Sequence record: LR756502.1
Length of the DNA: 64,000 nucleotides
Direction: 5' to 3' (one strand)
The notes beneath the pieces are model-generated. The model did no database searches, was not told the DNA's origin, and worked only from the letters and a program-made list of their open reading frames with translations. Positions 1 to 10,639 of this stretch are shown here, one piece after another. Position 1 is the stretch's first letter. The number at the start of each line of letters is the position of its first letter. The position numbers and the translations under genes were made by a program.

Positions 1-493
1 TAACTCTACCAGCGACATCATCTTGGTTTGTATATTTAACTGTAAATGTTTGACCACCTGTTCTACCCGCAACTGATATCGCCATTATCTGAACTCCTTT
101 ACCATCACTCCATCTTAGTAATGGAGTTGATGTTGTTAGTATTTGCTCATCAGTGGTTCCCTCATCTATAAATGGATAGTACATTAGATAGTCTAATAGT
201 AATATTCTCATTGGTAATGCGGTAGCTGTATTTGATATAACTGTTAATTCCTTAAGAAAGGTTTTGCTTGATGTCAACCCGGTGTTGTGATATAGTCCAA
301 CGTCAGAACTTTTAAAATTAACAGACACTAGTGGGGTTGATGCGTAATATTGTGGAATAGGATTGCCTGGAGTAACTGATAGATCATACCAAACCCTCGC
401 TGGAGTTACACCTGTTGGTGATTTTCTCCAGGACCCGATTGATGTTTTCCCATCTGTTTCAATTGCATCTACAAGTTCTTTTAAATTCCTCAC
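1..493 (-). CDS. Conserved phage hypothetical protein, probably virion-associated (truncated by window start; not in ORF track)
   Basis: Open frame from GTG at 493 to the window edge: VRNLKELVDAIETDGKTSIGSWRKSP...LLLDYLMYYPFIDEGTTDEQ; downstream of tail-fibre genes on the same strand. Confidence 0.7.
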   Translation of the reverse strand, partial: MRNLKELVDAIETDGKTSIGSWRKSPTGVTPARVWYDLSVTPGNPIPQYYASTPLVSVNFKSSDVGLYHNTGLTSSKTFLKELTVISNTATALPMRILLLDYLMYYPFIDEGTTDEQILTTSTPLLRWSDGKGVQIMAISVAGRTGGQTFTVKYTNQDDVAGRV

Positions 494-499
494 TAATTA

Positions 500-655
500 T
501 TACTTAACTTTATTTACTGAAGAAGATCCATAAGTTATTGCTGATATCTCGGCGATAATTGGAGCTTTACAGTTACAAGCTTTTATTGGCTCTGCTATTC
601 CTGGTAGAATAATAACAGCCAAATTACATTTACTACATCTATAAGTCTGTTGCAT
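500..655 (-). CDS. Small Cys-containing protein, 51 aa (CxxC...CxC); not in ORF track
   Basis: Manual translation MQQTYRCSKCNLAVIILPGIAEPIKACNCKAPII...; packs between neighbouring ORFs. Confidence 0.55.
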   Translation of the reverse strand: MQQTYRCSKCNLAVIILPGIAEPIKACNCKAPIIAEISAITYGSSSVNKVK

Positions 656-782
656 AAAATTTTATATTTGTTTTTCCTTCTTCTTCTAGTTGCTTAAAGT
701 AAGCAAATGCCTCTTTAATATCTAGAAATAAAACGACTGGTTTTACATCATCGTCTCTATCAATTATACAATGTACCACCAT
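639..782 (-). CDS. Small hypothetical protein, 47 aa; not in ORF track
   Basis: Manual translation MVVHCIIDRDDDVKPVVLFLDIKEAFAYFKQLEEEGKTNIKFYATDL; abuts the stop of 784..1194. Confidence 0.5.
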   Translation of the reverse strand: MVVHCIIDRDDDVKPVVLFLDIKEAFAYFKQLEEEGKTNIKFYATDL

Positions 783-783
783 A

Positions 784-1194
784 CTAGTCTTCTTGAATTT
801 GTAATGCTGCCGCAGAAAACTGTGGCTGAATTAGATTCGTCACTGTTAGTGATGAGTTTAGTTGACCAGAATATAATATCTGTGTTGCTCCCGAACTTGA
901 TAGACCGATTGCTACATAGGTTAATACATTTGTGCCTCCTGTTGATTGTGGGAACTGTATAAGAGCTGCGTTTTGAGCAGTATTACCAGATACTGACCAC
1001 CCTACGACACTTCTTACAACCTCTACTCTTGAGTAGGATCCATAATTTGCTTCAAATGAGCTTTGATCACCAGAGTCAGTTGGGTCCGCTGTGTGTAGCG
1101 AAACGTATAGGTTTGGTGAAGCATTCCAGGTGAAAGGAGTTGCCTTAAATGTATAATTAAGGAAATCGGTTTCAGTTGTGTTACTTTTTGACAT
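784..1194 (-). CDS. Tail/fibre-associated small beta-rich structural protein
   Basis: LYVSLHTADP...YSRVEVVR...NAALIQFP...GATQILYSGQL pattern typical of phage tail-associated proteins; follows the collagen fibre. Confidence 0.6.
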   Translation of the reverse strand: MSKSNTTETDFLNYTFKATPFTWNASPNLYVSLHTADPTDSGDQSSFEANYGSYSRVEVVRSVVGWSVSGNTAQNAALIQFPQSTGGTNVLTYVAIGLSSSGATQILYSGQLNSSLTVTNLIQPQFSAAALQIQED

Positions 1195-1214
1195 AAATTA
1201 ATCTTCTTTTTTAT

Positions 1215-1223
1215 TATATATTA
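1215..1223 (-). promoter_or_regulatory. Putative late promoter TAATATATA
   Basis: Exact motif 20 nt upstream of ATG 1194. Confidence 0.6.
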
Positions 1224-1250
1224 TATATGACTTATTCATTTTGTTTAGAT

Positions 1251-4200
1251 TTAGGTATATGCTATACTAGATAAAGTTGCCCCAGAGTATGTTAATGTTT
1301 TTGTTAATGATATTCCACCCGGAGTATTTCCAGACAGAACTATACTTGTAATGTTATCTCCTGTATAATTAAGTGTCTTTATTATTGAATATGTACCAAA
1401 TGTATATGTAATTGTTGTTAGATTACTTCCTGTGTAACTAAACGAATAATCATATGATTTCAAATTTTTCGAAACGGATTCATATGTTTCTACAAAAGAT
1501 CCTGATCCGGTTGCTCCCTGAATACCTTGAATACCTTGACTTCCTGTTGCTCCTGCTGATCCTGTTGATCCTTGAATACCTTGACTTCCTGTTGCTCCTG
1601 CTGGTCCTGTTGCTCCAGTTTCTCCCTGAATACCTTGACTCCCAGTAGCACCTACTGGTCCAGTTGATCCGGTTGCTCCTTGAACACCTTGACTTCCTGT
1701 TGCTCCTTGAACACCTTGACTTCCTGTTGCTCCTTGACTACCAGTAACACCAACTACCAAACCCATACTTGAATATATTGATGATGTTGCTGCATTTAAT
1801 TGACTAACATTTACCGCATCAAGATTGTTAGATCCGGTTGCCAAATTTATAATCTTATTATTACCATGATCAACCAATCCATCAAATCTACTTGCGCTAC
1901 CTTGTACCCATAAAGCATAGTTATTTGTTATAGTCATATTTGGTCCAGTTGTTGCTGCTCCTGTTATTGCTAGTGTTGCTGCATTTGTTATAACTGATGC
2001 GGTTGTGCTTGCTGAATATGTTGCTGCATTTATAACAAAACTCCTTTGATTTGATATAGCGGTTGCTGAACCAACAAACTGAGTTATCTGTTGAGTAACT
2101 AAAAAGTTAATCTGTTCGGTGCTGGATGTTTGTGTTGTCTTTGATGGTGATGTAAATATATAAGATGTTAGATTTCCAGTTGATGCACCACTTGATGCAA
2201 ACTGAATTAATCCATTTGTTACGGTTACTCTAGCCGAACCACCAGTCATTATAGCTACCGCATTTCCATTTAAAAATGTATTACCACTACCACCACTAGC
2301 AACCTTTAGTATATAATTTGTTGCGGATGGAACAAATCCAGACTGAGTATTGCCCATATATATCGCCGGGTCTGCGGGCGTACCAACAGATGATCTGATA
2401 ATTGTTCTACCAGATCCATCATCTACTGTTACTGCACCACTCTGTACCCATAGAGCATGTGAGTTTGTTATACCAGCAAATGCTCCCGCGTTTGGAGCCC
2501 CACTGATAGCTAAAGTAGCCGCATCTGTTATTGATGACGTAGCAACAAATGAATATGTTGGGGCTTCAATTAACGCAAACCTCTGTACAGAAACAGTTCC
2601 TGTTGCATGTTGTATTGTTGCTGAAGCGATGTTAAATGATAATGCCTCAATTGTTGCTGTAGTCGATGATGAGCTTGCTACTGCTATTTTAAATGCGGTT
2701 GTTGTTGCAAGAGCTGCTTGAGTTGGTGTGAATATAAATGAATTAGCATCCATTGTCATCTTATCAACGTTTCCTTGTTGTAATTTAAGAAATGCTGAGT
2801 TGATCTGCATTGTATTTGCAGAGGTGACTAAGATTGAGTGATTTGTTGCTGATGGTGTTTGGTTTATCCACATACCAAAAGATCCGGCTCCTATTTGTCC
2901 AAAGTCCATCCACGCTGACCCTTGAGCAACTCTAAGTACACCTAATCCTGAGTTATTAACCGCAGTTGCTCCAATTACACTCTGTGTTCCTGATACAAAT
3001 AAATTACTAGATGCTCTCAATGTTGGTACATATACTGTATTAGATTGAGTTGCGGATAATCCAACACCACCCAATATAACAGAGTTTGTTATACCGGCAC
3101 TAAAGCTTGCTTTTCTAGCACCGATGAAAATTGCATTTCTGTTTACATTACTTGATGTTGCACTAAATAGTCCATTTTCTCTTATGTTTATTTCTTGATA
3201 ATTGTCATATGCAGTTGAGTAGTTTCTTGATACTCCTATATTTACTACAGATGCGGTGCCAGTACTCCAAACATTTGTTATATTTTCCAAATTTAAATCA
3301 CCCGGAGAATCCATTAGACTTTCTATACCAGCATACCCATCTCTTGTATATAAAGCTGTCTGTGTTGTGTATACTTCCAAAACTCCACCAAGCCCATCAC
3401 CACCATCTGATGTTATTACCACATCACCAGGTGATGTCCAATCGAAATTAATTTGACCTCCACCATTTGAACTTTTAATATTAGTACCTGTTCCCATTAT
3501 TATGGAATATGTGCCTGAGTTATTGTTAATTGATAGTGATCGATCTAGTCCAAGTGTTGGTCCAGTTGCTCCAGTTACTCCTTGTGGTCCTTGGCTTCCA
3601 GTTGGTCCTGGTAGTCCTGGTAATGCTTGTAGTGTTGTGTGTAAGTGACTCACATGTAAGGCACCCTCATAATATGTTGTTACTATCTTAGAGGACCCTC
3701 CTGAAGTATAAGTATATAATTTAAGAACTAGTCTGTCTGTTATATTAACAACTGTCTGTGGAATAGTAAATGGTATATCATATAATCCTGTTGTTAGAGA
3801 TAGAATTTCAGAAGAGGAAGAAGTAGCAAGTATACTTTCTGTAACACCTGGATAATTTCTAACATATAACTCACCATAAATAAATGTTGGTTGTGATAGA
3901 TTATCAACATTCGCATATATATTTATATCCCATATACCGGTTGGTAGTATGGTTACTCCAGGTAAACCAATTGGGTTTGTAAATATTGTGATTAAAGCAG
4001 GTGTTGAATTTGTTGCAGTCGTAGCTATATTACTTTCTGTATATCCATCATATATACCATACATCTCTCTATAACCAGTTATATCTGATGCTATTGAGTT
4101 GTTAAAATATAATATCCTACCAGTTGTTTCTCCAGTATCTCCTTTGCTTCCTGTCGCACCTGTTGCTCCTTGTATACCTTGACTACCGGTTGCTCCGGTT

Positions 4201-5684
4201 GCTCCTTGTATACCTTGACTTCCAGTTGCTCCTGTTTCTCCTTGAATACCTTGACTTCCGGTTGCTCCGGTTGCTCCTTGAATACCTTGGCTTCCGGTTG
4301 CTCCTGTTTCTCCTTGTATACCTTGGCTTCCAGTTGCCCCGGTAGCACCAACTCCTTGTATACCTTGGCTTCCGGTTGCCCCAACACTATTAACTTGAAT
4401 CCAATAGGCTGCTCCAACTGTTGCGGTGTGACACCAATATAGTAGATTTGTATCCAAATCATACCACATATGACCAACATGATATCCCAATGAGAAGTCA
4501 TCTGTTGCTACTGGTACTCCATTTTTCATAACTGTTGAACTTGAAGGTTGCCAAACAGCACTTGCCGTTGATGCATCTGTACACACCCATATTGAACTTT
4601 GTCCATTTACATACCCATATACACTCCATAGACTACCAACTTGGTATCCTTGTGTCATGTCATTTGTTGTGGCTGGTGCTGATTGAGAAAGTGTTGTTAG
4701 TATTGGTGGTCCTTGTATACCTTGGCTTCCGGTTGCTCCGGTCGCTCCTGTTATACCTTGGCTTCCAGTTGCTCCTGTTTCCCCTTGGCTTCCGGTTGAT
4801 CCAGTTGCTCCGGTAGCACCAGTTATACCTTGAATACCTTGACTTCCAGTTGCTCCTATTGATCCGGTAGCACCTGTTGCTCCTTGAATACCTTGGCTTC
4901 CGGTTGCTCCTGTCTCACCTTGAATACCTTGGCTTCCGGTTGCTCCTATTGATCCGGTAGCACCTGTTGATCCTTGAATACCTTGGCTTCCGGTTGCTCC
5001 TATTGCTCCTTGGCTTCCGGTTGATCCTGTAGCACCTTGTATACCTTGACTTCCGGTTGCTCCGGCCGATCCTTGAATACCTTGACTTCCAGTTGCTCCT
5101 ATTGATCCGGTTGCTCCTTGTATACCTTGGCTTCCGGTTGCTCCTGTCGATCCTTGAATACCTTGGCTTCCAGTTGCTCCTATTGATCCGGTAGCACCTG
5201 TTGCTCCTTGAATACCTTGGCTTCCAGTTGATCCGGCCGATCCTTGAATACCTTGGCTTCCAGTTGATCCTGTTGATCCGGTAGCACCAGTTGCTCCTTG
5301 AATACCTTGACTTCCGGTCGCCCCTTGACTTCCGGTCAATCCAATACTCATTACTGACCAGTGTGTAGTATCTACATTTGGTGGTGAATATGGTGATCCA
5401 CCATAAGTTAATCCTAATATATTTATATAGCTATTTCCTTGATAGTAAACTGAATCATAGTAGAAGTAAATCATCATAGGATCCCAATCACCCATCCATG
5501 ATAAAGATGTTCCTTGAGACCCGGTTGCTCCTTGAGGACCAGTTGGTCCTTGAGGTCCAATTGAATATGTCCCTCCTCCTAGACTCAATAGGTTCCCAAA
5601 CCCATCATAGTATAGTCCTCCAATAACTTGAACTAATCTACCATATGTGCTTGATACCGTTAAACCGGTTAAATTATTACCCAT
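1251..5684 (-). CDS. Collagen-like tail fibre, ~1477 aa (true start probably ATG 5684)
   Basis: Several Gly-X-Y blocks (GATGSQGIQ units), a CBM5/12-like W..Y..D.V.Y.G.SY...P...W module and S/T/G-rich beta regions; late-promoter motif just upstream of ATG 5684. Confidence 0.85.
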   Translation of the reverse strand: MGNNLTGLTVSSTYGRLVQVIGGLYYDGFGNLLSLGGGTYSIGPQGPTGPQGATGSQGTSLSWMGDWDPMMIYFYYDSVYYQGNSYINILGLTYGGSPYSPPNVDTTHWSVMSIGLTGSQGATGSQGIQGATGATGSTGSTGSQGIQGSAGSTGSQGIQGATGATGSIGATGSQGIQGSTGATGSQGIQGATGSIGATGSQGIQGSAGATGSQGIQGATGSTGSQGAIGATGSQGIQGSTGATGSIGATGSQGIQGETGATGSQGIQGATGATGSIGATGSQGIQGITGATGATGSTGSQGETGATGSQGITGATGATGSQGIQGPPILTTLSQSAPATTNDMTQGYQVGSLWSVYGYVNGQSSIWVCTDASTASAVWQPSSSTVMKNGVPVATDDFSLGYHVGHMWYDLDTNLLYWCHTATVGAAYWIQVNSVGATGSQGIQGVGATGATGSQGIQGETGATGSQGIQGATGATGSQGIQGETGATGSQGIQGATGATGSQGIQGATGATGSKGDTGETTGRILYFNNSIASDITGYREMYGIYDGYTESNIATTATNSTPALITIFTNPIGLPGVTILPTGIWDINIYANVDNLSQPTFIYGELYVRNYPGVTESILATSSSSEILSLTTGLYDIPFTIPQTVVNITDRLVLKLYTYTSGGSSKIVTTYYEGALHVSHLHTTLQALPGLPGPTGSQGPQGVTGATGPTLGLDRSLSINNNSGTYSIIMGTGTNIKSSNGGGQINFDWTSPGDVVITSDGGDGLGGVLEVYTTQTALYTRDGYAGIESLMDSPGDLNLENITNVWSTGTASVVNIGVSRNYSTAYDNYQEINIRENGLFSATSSNVNRNAIFIGARKASFSAGITNSVILGGVGLSATQSNTVYVPTLRASSNLFVSGTQSVIGATAVNNSGLGVLRVAQGSAWMDFGQIGAGSFGMWINQTPSATNHSILVTSANTMQINSAFLKLQQGNVDKMTMDANSFIFTPTQAALATTTAFKIAVASSSSTTATIEALSFNIASATIQHATGTVSVQRFALIEAPTYSFVATSSITDAATLAISGAPNAGAFAGITNSHALWVQSGAVTVDDGSGRTIIRSSVGTPADPAIYMGNTQSGFVPSATNYILKVASGGSGNTFLNGNAVAIMTGGSARVTVTNGLIQFASSGASTGNLTSYIFTSPSKTTQTSSTEQINFLVTQQITQFVGSATAISNQRSFVINAATYSASTTASVITNAATLAITGAATTGPNMTITNNYALWVQGSASRFDGLVDHGNNKIINLATGSNNLDAVNVSQLNAATSSIYSSMGLVVGVTGSQGATGSQGVQGATGSQGVQGATGSTGPVGATGSQGIQGETGATGPAGATGSQGIQGSTGSAGATGSQGIQGIQGATGSGSFVETYESVSKNLKSYDYSFSYTGSNLTTITYTFGTYSIIKTLNYTGDNITSIVLSGNTPGGISLTKTLTYSGATLSSIAYT
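4715..5330 (-). repeat. Tandem 9/18/27-nt collagen-coding repeats
   Basis: Repeated ccttggcttccggttgctcc / ccttgaatacc units; shorter blocks at ~1490-1740 and ~4130-4380. Confidence 0.9.
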
Positions 5685-5689
5685 AATCC

Positions 5690-5698
5690 TATATATTA
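5690..5698 (-). promoter_or_regulatory. Putative late promoter TAATATATA
   Basis: Exact motif 5 nt upstream of ATG 5684. Confidence 0.65.
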
Positions 5699-5731
5699 AT
5701 TGTAGAAAATCCCTCCAAGGATAGCTTAGAT

Positions 5732-5740
5732 TAATATATA
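5732..5740 (+). promoter_or_regulatory. Putative late promoter TAATATATA
   Basis: Exact motif upstream of ATG 5747. Confidence 0.65.
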
Positions 5741-5746
5741 GGATAT

Positions 5747-6082
5747 ATGGACACAAGGCACTATTTGAATTGGGAGGAAGTTAACTTCACTTGGGAAAGT
5801 GTTGATATGTTATGGGAAGAGGTTTTTATAGAGATCGAACAGGCTGTAAGAAGGGGTGGTAATGGTGGATATGCTGAATATGTTAAGGGAAATCCTTGGG
5901 ATAAGTTAAGAAGAGATATAGGTGAAGAAAAAACTAAGAAAGTAATAAAGCTTTACTGTAAAGTAAATGGAATAGACTATGAAAAGGTTTTAGAAAGTGG
6001 TACCGATATTAAAGTATCGGTTAATAGTTTCGAGAGATTTGTTAAAGAGGGAATTAGTGTGAAAGTTAATTTAAAAAATTAA
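5747..6082 (+). CDS. Hypothetical protein with Trp-spaced N-terminus
   Basis: 111-aa ORF with W-x6-W-x6-W pattern; late motif upstream. Confidence 0.7.
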   Translation: MDTRHYLNWEEVNFTWESVDMLWEEVFIEIEQAVRRGGNGGYAEYVKGNPWDKLRRDIGEEKTKKVIKLYCKVNGIDYEKVLESGTDIKVSVNSFERFVKEGISVKVNLKN

Positions 6083-6088
6083 TATATA
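6080..6088 (+). promoter_or_regulatory. Putative late promoter TAATATATA
   Basis: Exact motif upstream of ATG 6093. Confidence 0.65.
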
Positions 6089-6092
6089 AATT

Positions 6093-6656
6093 ATGAAAGA
6101 TGATGTTTTTACCTTTGATGATTTTTTTAAAAATCCAAAGAAATCCGAATTAGTTAAAGAGAGTATTCAAGAAGAGCAATCTAATGAGAATCCCGATGAG
6201 CAAACTTCTGATGTTATAGAAAATGTTCAGGAGGAAGTAAAGGATGTTCAAGAGGAGGTTTTAGAAACTAATGAAGACATCGATAATAATAATTACTATA
6301 ATGTGTTTATGGATAAGAACGAAGAGTTTTCTTGTGACATATCTATTGAAGGTGCTAAGAAAGATGAAACCTATGTTAGATTAGTAATTGAATCTGATGA
6401 TTGGACTCTTATGTTTAATGGTGAGATAAGAAATGGTAAATGTTACATTCCTATAAGAAAGTTAAATATCTTAACTGAAGGTCAAGTTGGTAATATAAGA
6501 CTTGAAGTAATAGCTGAGGGCAATCTCTTTACTCCTTGGGAAGATAAATTTAAAGTTAAATTATCAAAAAAGGTTACTGTTAAAGTAAATGAACAAAAAG
6601 ACTCTACAAAGTTTGACAAGAATAGAGTTGGTGTTAAAGTAAATGTTAATAAGTAA
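6093..6656 (+). CDS. Hypothetical acidic protein
   Basis: 187-aa ORF; acidic low-complexity N-half and beta-rich C-half; weak CTS-like start (VFTFDDF). Confidence 0.75.
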   Translation: MKDDVFTFDDFFKNPKKSELVKESIQEEQSNENPDEQTSDVIENVQEEVKDVQEEVLETNEDIDNNNYYNVFMDKNEEFSCDISIEGAKKDETYVRLVIESDDWTLMFNGEIRNGKCYIPIRKLNILTEGQVGNIRLEVIAEGNLFTPWEDKFKVKLSKKVTVKVNEQKDSTKFDKNRVGVKVNVNK

Positions 6657-7121
6657 CTAAAATCCAGGTAGTCCACTTGGTAGATAACTATCTAAGTATG
6701 ATATATCAGTCACCCATTCAAACCTACTACGATCTGACCATAATTTGAAGGAGTTATCAATATAATCATATGATTCCTTTAGTTTTAAAGAGTTTACCTT
6801 TGCTAAGTGTTTAGCTACCCTATCAAGTTGACCATTTATTTGAGCCAACCCAACATGTTTTGTTTTATGACACATTGGACAAAGTGATATAAGTCCTTCT
6901 AACTTTTGAATGAAATTTATATCATCATATGACCATATCTCATGACACTCAACTGCATGTTTTATACCTTGATTGAATCCAGTATCTTTACAAATTTCGC
7001 ATTTATTTCCAGCTAACTCATAACAATGTTTCCTTATCTTATCCCATTCAGACTTGGTTACATTACTTCTAACATTTGTATACCAACAAGTCCTTGGTAC
7101 TAATTCTATTGTCAGCTTCAT
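6657..7121 (-). CDS. HNH endonuclease family protein
   Basis: CEICKD...ECHEIW...LCPMCHKTKH zinc-binding HNH signature; ATG 7121 preferred over TTG 7127. Confidence 0.8.
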   Translation of the reverse strand: MKLTIELVPRTCWYTNVRSNVTKSEWDKIRKHCYELAGNKCEICKDTGFNQGIKHAVECHEIWSYDDINFIQKLEGLISLCPMCHKTKHVGLAQINGQLDRVAKHLAKVNSLKLKESYDYIDNSFKLWSDRSRFEWVTDISYLDSYLPSGLPGF

Positions 7122-7123
7122 TT

Positions 7124-7357
7124 TCAAATAAATATTCTTTTCCTAACTATTGTATCATATTCATTACTTGAGTTAAAATAATATAATATCCTATTGGTCT
7201 TTTGACCCCTTTTTAATTTTATACCTTTAACCTTCTCATTCTCACAAACTGTCGCAACATAATAACCAAAATACCTTAATATTGGATTTATCATAACCTT
7301 GAGCAGTGATCGATGGTTTACTATTCTACCATCTTTGTATAGAATACCTAATCTCAT
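7124..7357 (-). CDS. Hypothetical basic protein
   Basis: 77-aa ORF coupled to the upstream gene by a 1-nt stop/start overlap. Confidence 0.6.
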   Translation of the reverse strand: MRLGILYKDGRIVNHRSLLKVMINPILRYFGYYVATVCENEKVKGIKLKRGQKTNRILYYFNSSNEYDTIVRKRIFI

Positions 7358-8133
7358 TAGTCATCTGAGAAGTTTTGTTCAAATGATAACATAAGATTTG
7401 AATTGGATCCTTTTATTAACATAAAGTTGTCAAATATATTAAACTCCACGTCCTGACTCTCATCTATACATGATAGGAACTTCTTATTTAGAATTAGATT
7501 AGAGTTTCTATCTTTATCTAATTGGTCTACTTCTAGTTCCCATGCTGCTGTTTCTGATAAGATTACTTTACCTGACATTATATTAATTGATATTAATCTA
7601 TCTGCGTTTATACTTGATAACTTCTTAACATCACCAAAGTCTGCTTTGGATATGGTGAATGCCCACTTCCTGTTCTTAAGGTCTAATCTCTGGTCTAGTT
7701 GGGGTTTTGTTATGTCTTTTAATTCATATTGTTCACCACCTACCCAGTTTATCTTTAACTTTCCACCAACAATTTGTACTGACCTTGCGTTCATAACTGT
7801 CTCATCATCTGTTGATGCTTTATACGATACTTCCATTGTCACTTTATCAGATGTCTTTAGAAAGGTTAAGTTCTTTACAAACTTACCAGAATTTGCAATT
7901 ACTATATCGAGTGAATATTCCATATCATCTTCATATTCAAGATACTCTCTAGTTTTTATAACATAGTTTTTGAATGCTAGTATAACATTACTACCAATCA
8001 TTGAATACATTAGTATGTTATCGTTATCTATTTTTAGTTTAACAGTATCACTTATTTTTGTAAGGTCGCTTATTTTATCTATAAAGTCTGAAATTTTATC
8101 AGGATTTACTTTGAACTTAATTTTATTTGCCAT
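7357..8133 (-). CDS. Probable sliding clamp (gp45/PCNA-like)
   Basis: 258 aa with a two-domain alternating alpha/beta pattern and clamp-like size; fold inferred, no diagnostic motif. Confidence 0.5.
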   Translation of the reverse strand: MANKIKFKVNPDKISDFIDKISDLTKISDTVKLKIDNDNILMYSMIGSNVILAFKNYVIKTREYLEYEDDMEYSLDIVIANSGKFVKNLTFLKTSDKVTMEVSYKASTDDETVMNARSVQIVGGKLKINWVGGEQYELKDITKPQLDQRLDLKNRKWAFTISKADFGDVKKLSSINADRLISINIMSGKVILSETAAWELEVDQLDKDRNSNLILNKKFLSCIDESQDVEFNIFDNFMLIKGSNSNLMLSFEQNFSDD

Positions 8134-8193
8134 TTTAGATATAGTTTTTGATACTTAATATATCAATTGATTCTTATTTTGTTTATTTGTATT

Positions 8194-8202
8194 TAATATA
8201 TA
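8194..8202 (+). promoter_or_regulatory. Putative late promoter TAATATATA
   Basis: Exact motif upstream of ATG 8222. Confidence 0.65.
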
Positions 8203-8221
8203 AGAAAATTGTAAAAGTTCT

Positions 8222-9076
8222 ATGATTAAAAAATGGGGTGATTTCATAAGAGAGTTTGTAGATGAGCCTATAAATGTAGATTATATAAACTCTCGTATGC
8301 ATGAGTTAAAAGACACCGTCATGCAAACACAAAATGATCAATATAATGATGATGACTTTTATTTAGGACTTGAATGGTCTATTGAAGGAAAATCACATGA
8401 TAATAATAGTCAAGGTCAGTTAAATATCAACTTCTCAACTGTTGATGGTGATATTAGATTTGAATTTGATTTAGATAGATTAGAAATTAATAAAATTGAA
8501 AATGAATCTTCTATATCCAATAATATAAAGTCTATGAAAATTTCCTCAGTTGAAGAGGGTCTTGATATTATTGAAAAGTATATTTATAACTACCTTGGTG
8601 TATCTGAGTCCGTAGTAAATGAGTGGATCGATATCCAAACCAATACACCAATTGCCGACGCCTTGTTGGTTACATACCTTTTGCTTTTTATGAAATGGAG
8701 AGATTTGACAATTGAAAATCTTGTTAATAATACAAAGAAGATTGTAATTGACTTTGCTAAGTTTTTGAATGGATATGGTTATCCAATTGATGTTGATGTG
8801 TTGGAGAATAGGTTTGATAAAATAGTAAAGATGGTAACTATTAAAGCGAAGAGTGATCGTTTGCGTGAATCGTTTGTAGGTAAATTTGATTATAAAGATC
8901 TAATTGGTAAAAAGGTTAGGATTGTTAGATTAGAAGATCCATACACACATCTAAAACCAGGTGATGAGGGCACTGTTAGAGGTGTTGATGATGCTGGTCA
9001 TATTATGATGAAGTGGGATAGTGGGTCTACTCTAAATATAATTCCTGAAATAGATGAATTTGACGTAATAGATTAA
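8222..9076 (+). CDS. Protein with C-terminal DUF4314-like domain
   Basis: C-terminus GKKVRIVRLEDPYTHLKPGDEGTVRGVDDAGHIMMKWDSGSTLNIIPEIDEF matches the DUF4314 pattern. Confidence 0.7.
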   Translation: MIKKWGDFIREFVDEPINVDYINSRMHELKDTVMQTQNDQYNDDDFYLGLEWSIEGKSHDNNSQGQLNINFSTVDGDIRFEFDLDRLEINKIENESSISNNIKSMKISSVEEGLDIIEKYIYNYLGVSESVVNEWIDIQTNTPIADALLVTYLLLFMKWRDLTIENLVNNTKKIVIDFAKFLNGYGYPIDVDVLENRFDKIVKMVTIKAKSDRLRESFVGKFDYKDLIGKKVRIVRLEDPYTHLKPGDEGTVRGVDDAGHIMMKWDSGSTLNIIPEIDEFDVID

Positions 9077-9083
9077 TAGGCAT

Positions 9084-9114
9084 AAAAACCCCTTAGAGAA
9101 ATCTAAGGGTTTTT
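9084..9114. terminator. Bidirectional intrinsic terminator
   Basis: aaaaaccccttag-agaaat-ctaagggttttt hairpin between convergent genes. Confidence 0.8.
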
Positions 9115-9118
9115 GTTT

Positions 9119-10534
9119 TTATAAAAAGTCTACTTGAGCTCTTTCTCTAATCTCCTCAAATGTCCATTCTTGTTTAATATATCCATCTAAGAATACCTCA
9201 ACCAACTCATCACCAACCTCATCATGAGAGTGTTCAATAGTTAACCCATTAACCAATTTCAAACGACCAGCCTTTGACTTCTTGAACGATTGTACTCGTT
9301 CACCATTCTCATTAATTTCAATTGGATTCTTACGAATATCAACTTCTTCCCCATTGATTGTTATAGAAGAACATTTGAAAGCGAACTTCTGTGTATCTCT
9401 ATCTACTTTTTGAAGTAACGCCCCACCCATACCAAATGCTATATTTTCTACTGAAAATCCTTCCTCAACCATCATGTCTAGAACATCAATTATAGATTCA
9501 TAATTAACACCATCACCTTGGATTACTCTAACGTGTGGGTCAATAACTTTGAAACCTTTATCATTGATAACTCCACCAAATTTATCCCAAAGAATATGGA
9601 AAACTTGTCTAAGTGTTTGTACTGGGTCACCACTATCAGGGCGAATTACAAGACGTCCATCACGACTTAGAATTTTATCTCTAAGTTCTGTACCCCAATA
9701 ATCTTTACACGCTCTAATGATATCAAATGAGTCTGATACACAAGCTACAAGTCCTGTTGGATATTGGTCTAACATATTCTCCATAGCCTTTACTTCAAAT
9801 GGTTCTGTCCAAGAAGTAATAGTTGAGTGCTCTGATGCTGGTATGGAGAACGCCAACATATTATCTGTGTTATAAAAGTCTTGTGCTAATAAGATACCTG
9901 ATACTGTATCTGTTCCTAAGAAGTTTACAATATGAGCTGAACAACCAATTGCTGATGATTCAACTGAACTAACTCCACGGAATCCGAAATCATGTAACAT
10001 GAAAGATACGATGTTTTTAATTCCATCACCATCATATGACGTAGTTTTCTTTAAGTAAGAAACAAGTAATTTCTTAATCTCTCTTGATAGAGTACCAACT
10101 GTTGTTGGATACCATACTTGTAATAAGATACTTTCTAGGTAGTTTGTTAACCAAGGAACTTCTGGGTCAGTATTCTCAACTGTAATAAGAACATTGCTTG
10201 TTTTTACGGAAGTCCCTTCTGGAACTGCTTTGATTCTAACTGGTAATCGACCATCGTGTTTTTCAAGGATGTGCATCCATCCCTCTAAATTGAAATGTCC
10301 TGGTCCTAAGTGAGCGTCATAGAATTTATGAGCTTTTGCAATTTTTTCAAGTGTTACAACCTTACCTACTAAATACTGCTTGATGAAGTATTGAAGACCA
10401 TAGAACATGGTGTTGTCAAATTTACCCCCTCTTGATTCTAGGTAAGAGTAAACCTTCGATGTACCTTTTGGGTATTGCTTCCAGTGTGTTGGCTTGTAAC
10501 TGTCTGTTAGCATTAAAATGTTGTCGTTAAACAT
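9119..10534 (-). CDS. nadV: Nicotinamide phosphoribosyltransferase (Nampt/NadV)
   Basis: LTDSYKPTHWKQYP, LHDFGFRG, SIPASEHS, VSDSFD, VIRPDSGDP, IQGDG, FGMGGALLQ and RDTQKFAFK motifs. Confidence 0.95.
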   Translation of the reverse strand: MFNDNILMLTDSYKPTHWKQYPKGTSKVYSYLESRGGKFDNTMFYGLQYFIKQYLVGKVVTLEKIAKAHKFYDAHLGPGHFNLEGWMHILEKHDGRLPVRIKAVPEGTSVKTSNVLITVENTDPEVPWLTNYLESILLQVWYPTTVGTLSREIKKLLVSYLKKTTSYDGDGIKNIVSFMLHDFGFRGVSSVESSAIGCSAHIVNFLGTDTVSGILLAQDFYNTDNMLAFSIPASEHSTITSWTEPFEVKAMENMLDQYPTGLVACVSDSFDIIRACKDYWGTELRDKILSRDGRLVIRPDSGDPVQTLRQVFHILWDKFGGVINDKGFKVIDPHVRVIQGDGVNYESIIDVLDMMVEEGFSVENIAFGMGGALLQKVDRDTQKFAFKCSSITINGEEVDIRKNPIEINENGERVQSFKKSKAGRLKLVNGLTIEHSHDEVGDELVEVFLDGYIKQEWTFEEIRERAQVDFL

Positions 10535-10608
10535 ATATTTTAGTTTTAGTTATTGAAAAATCTTTCTTAAATGTGATTCCTTATGTAATCATAGGTTGTT
10601 CCCATATA

Positions 10609-10639
10609 CAAATATACGAATTATTTCGTAATTAACAAA
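10609..10639 (-). promoter_or_regulatory. Bacteroidota sigma-A type promoter for nadV
   Basis: TTTG-N19-TATATTTG (consensus TTTG-N19/21-TAnnTTTG). Confidence 0.7.

Noticed and set aside
1251-5684. Eukaryotic or NCLDV origin suggested by collagen
   Set aside because: T4-like tube, gp47 and UvsY, bacterial promoters and terminators, and lipoprotein/TBDR genes indicate a bacteriophage
1251-5756. Track start codons at 5756, 14354, 51030 and 59270
   Set aside because: Downstream ATGs (5684, 14375, 50976, 59222) fit better with promoter position, stop/start coupling or the shared N-terminal motif
10535-10608. Riboswitch or leader peptide in the nadV 5-prime UTR (12-codon ORF, weak TGATT/AATCA hairpin)
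   Set aside because: Too short and weak to support; no recognisable aptamer
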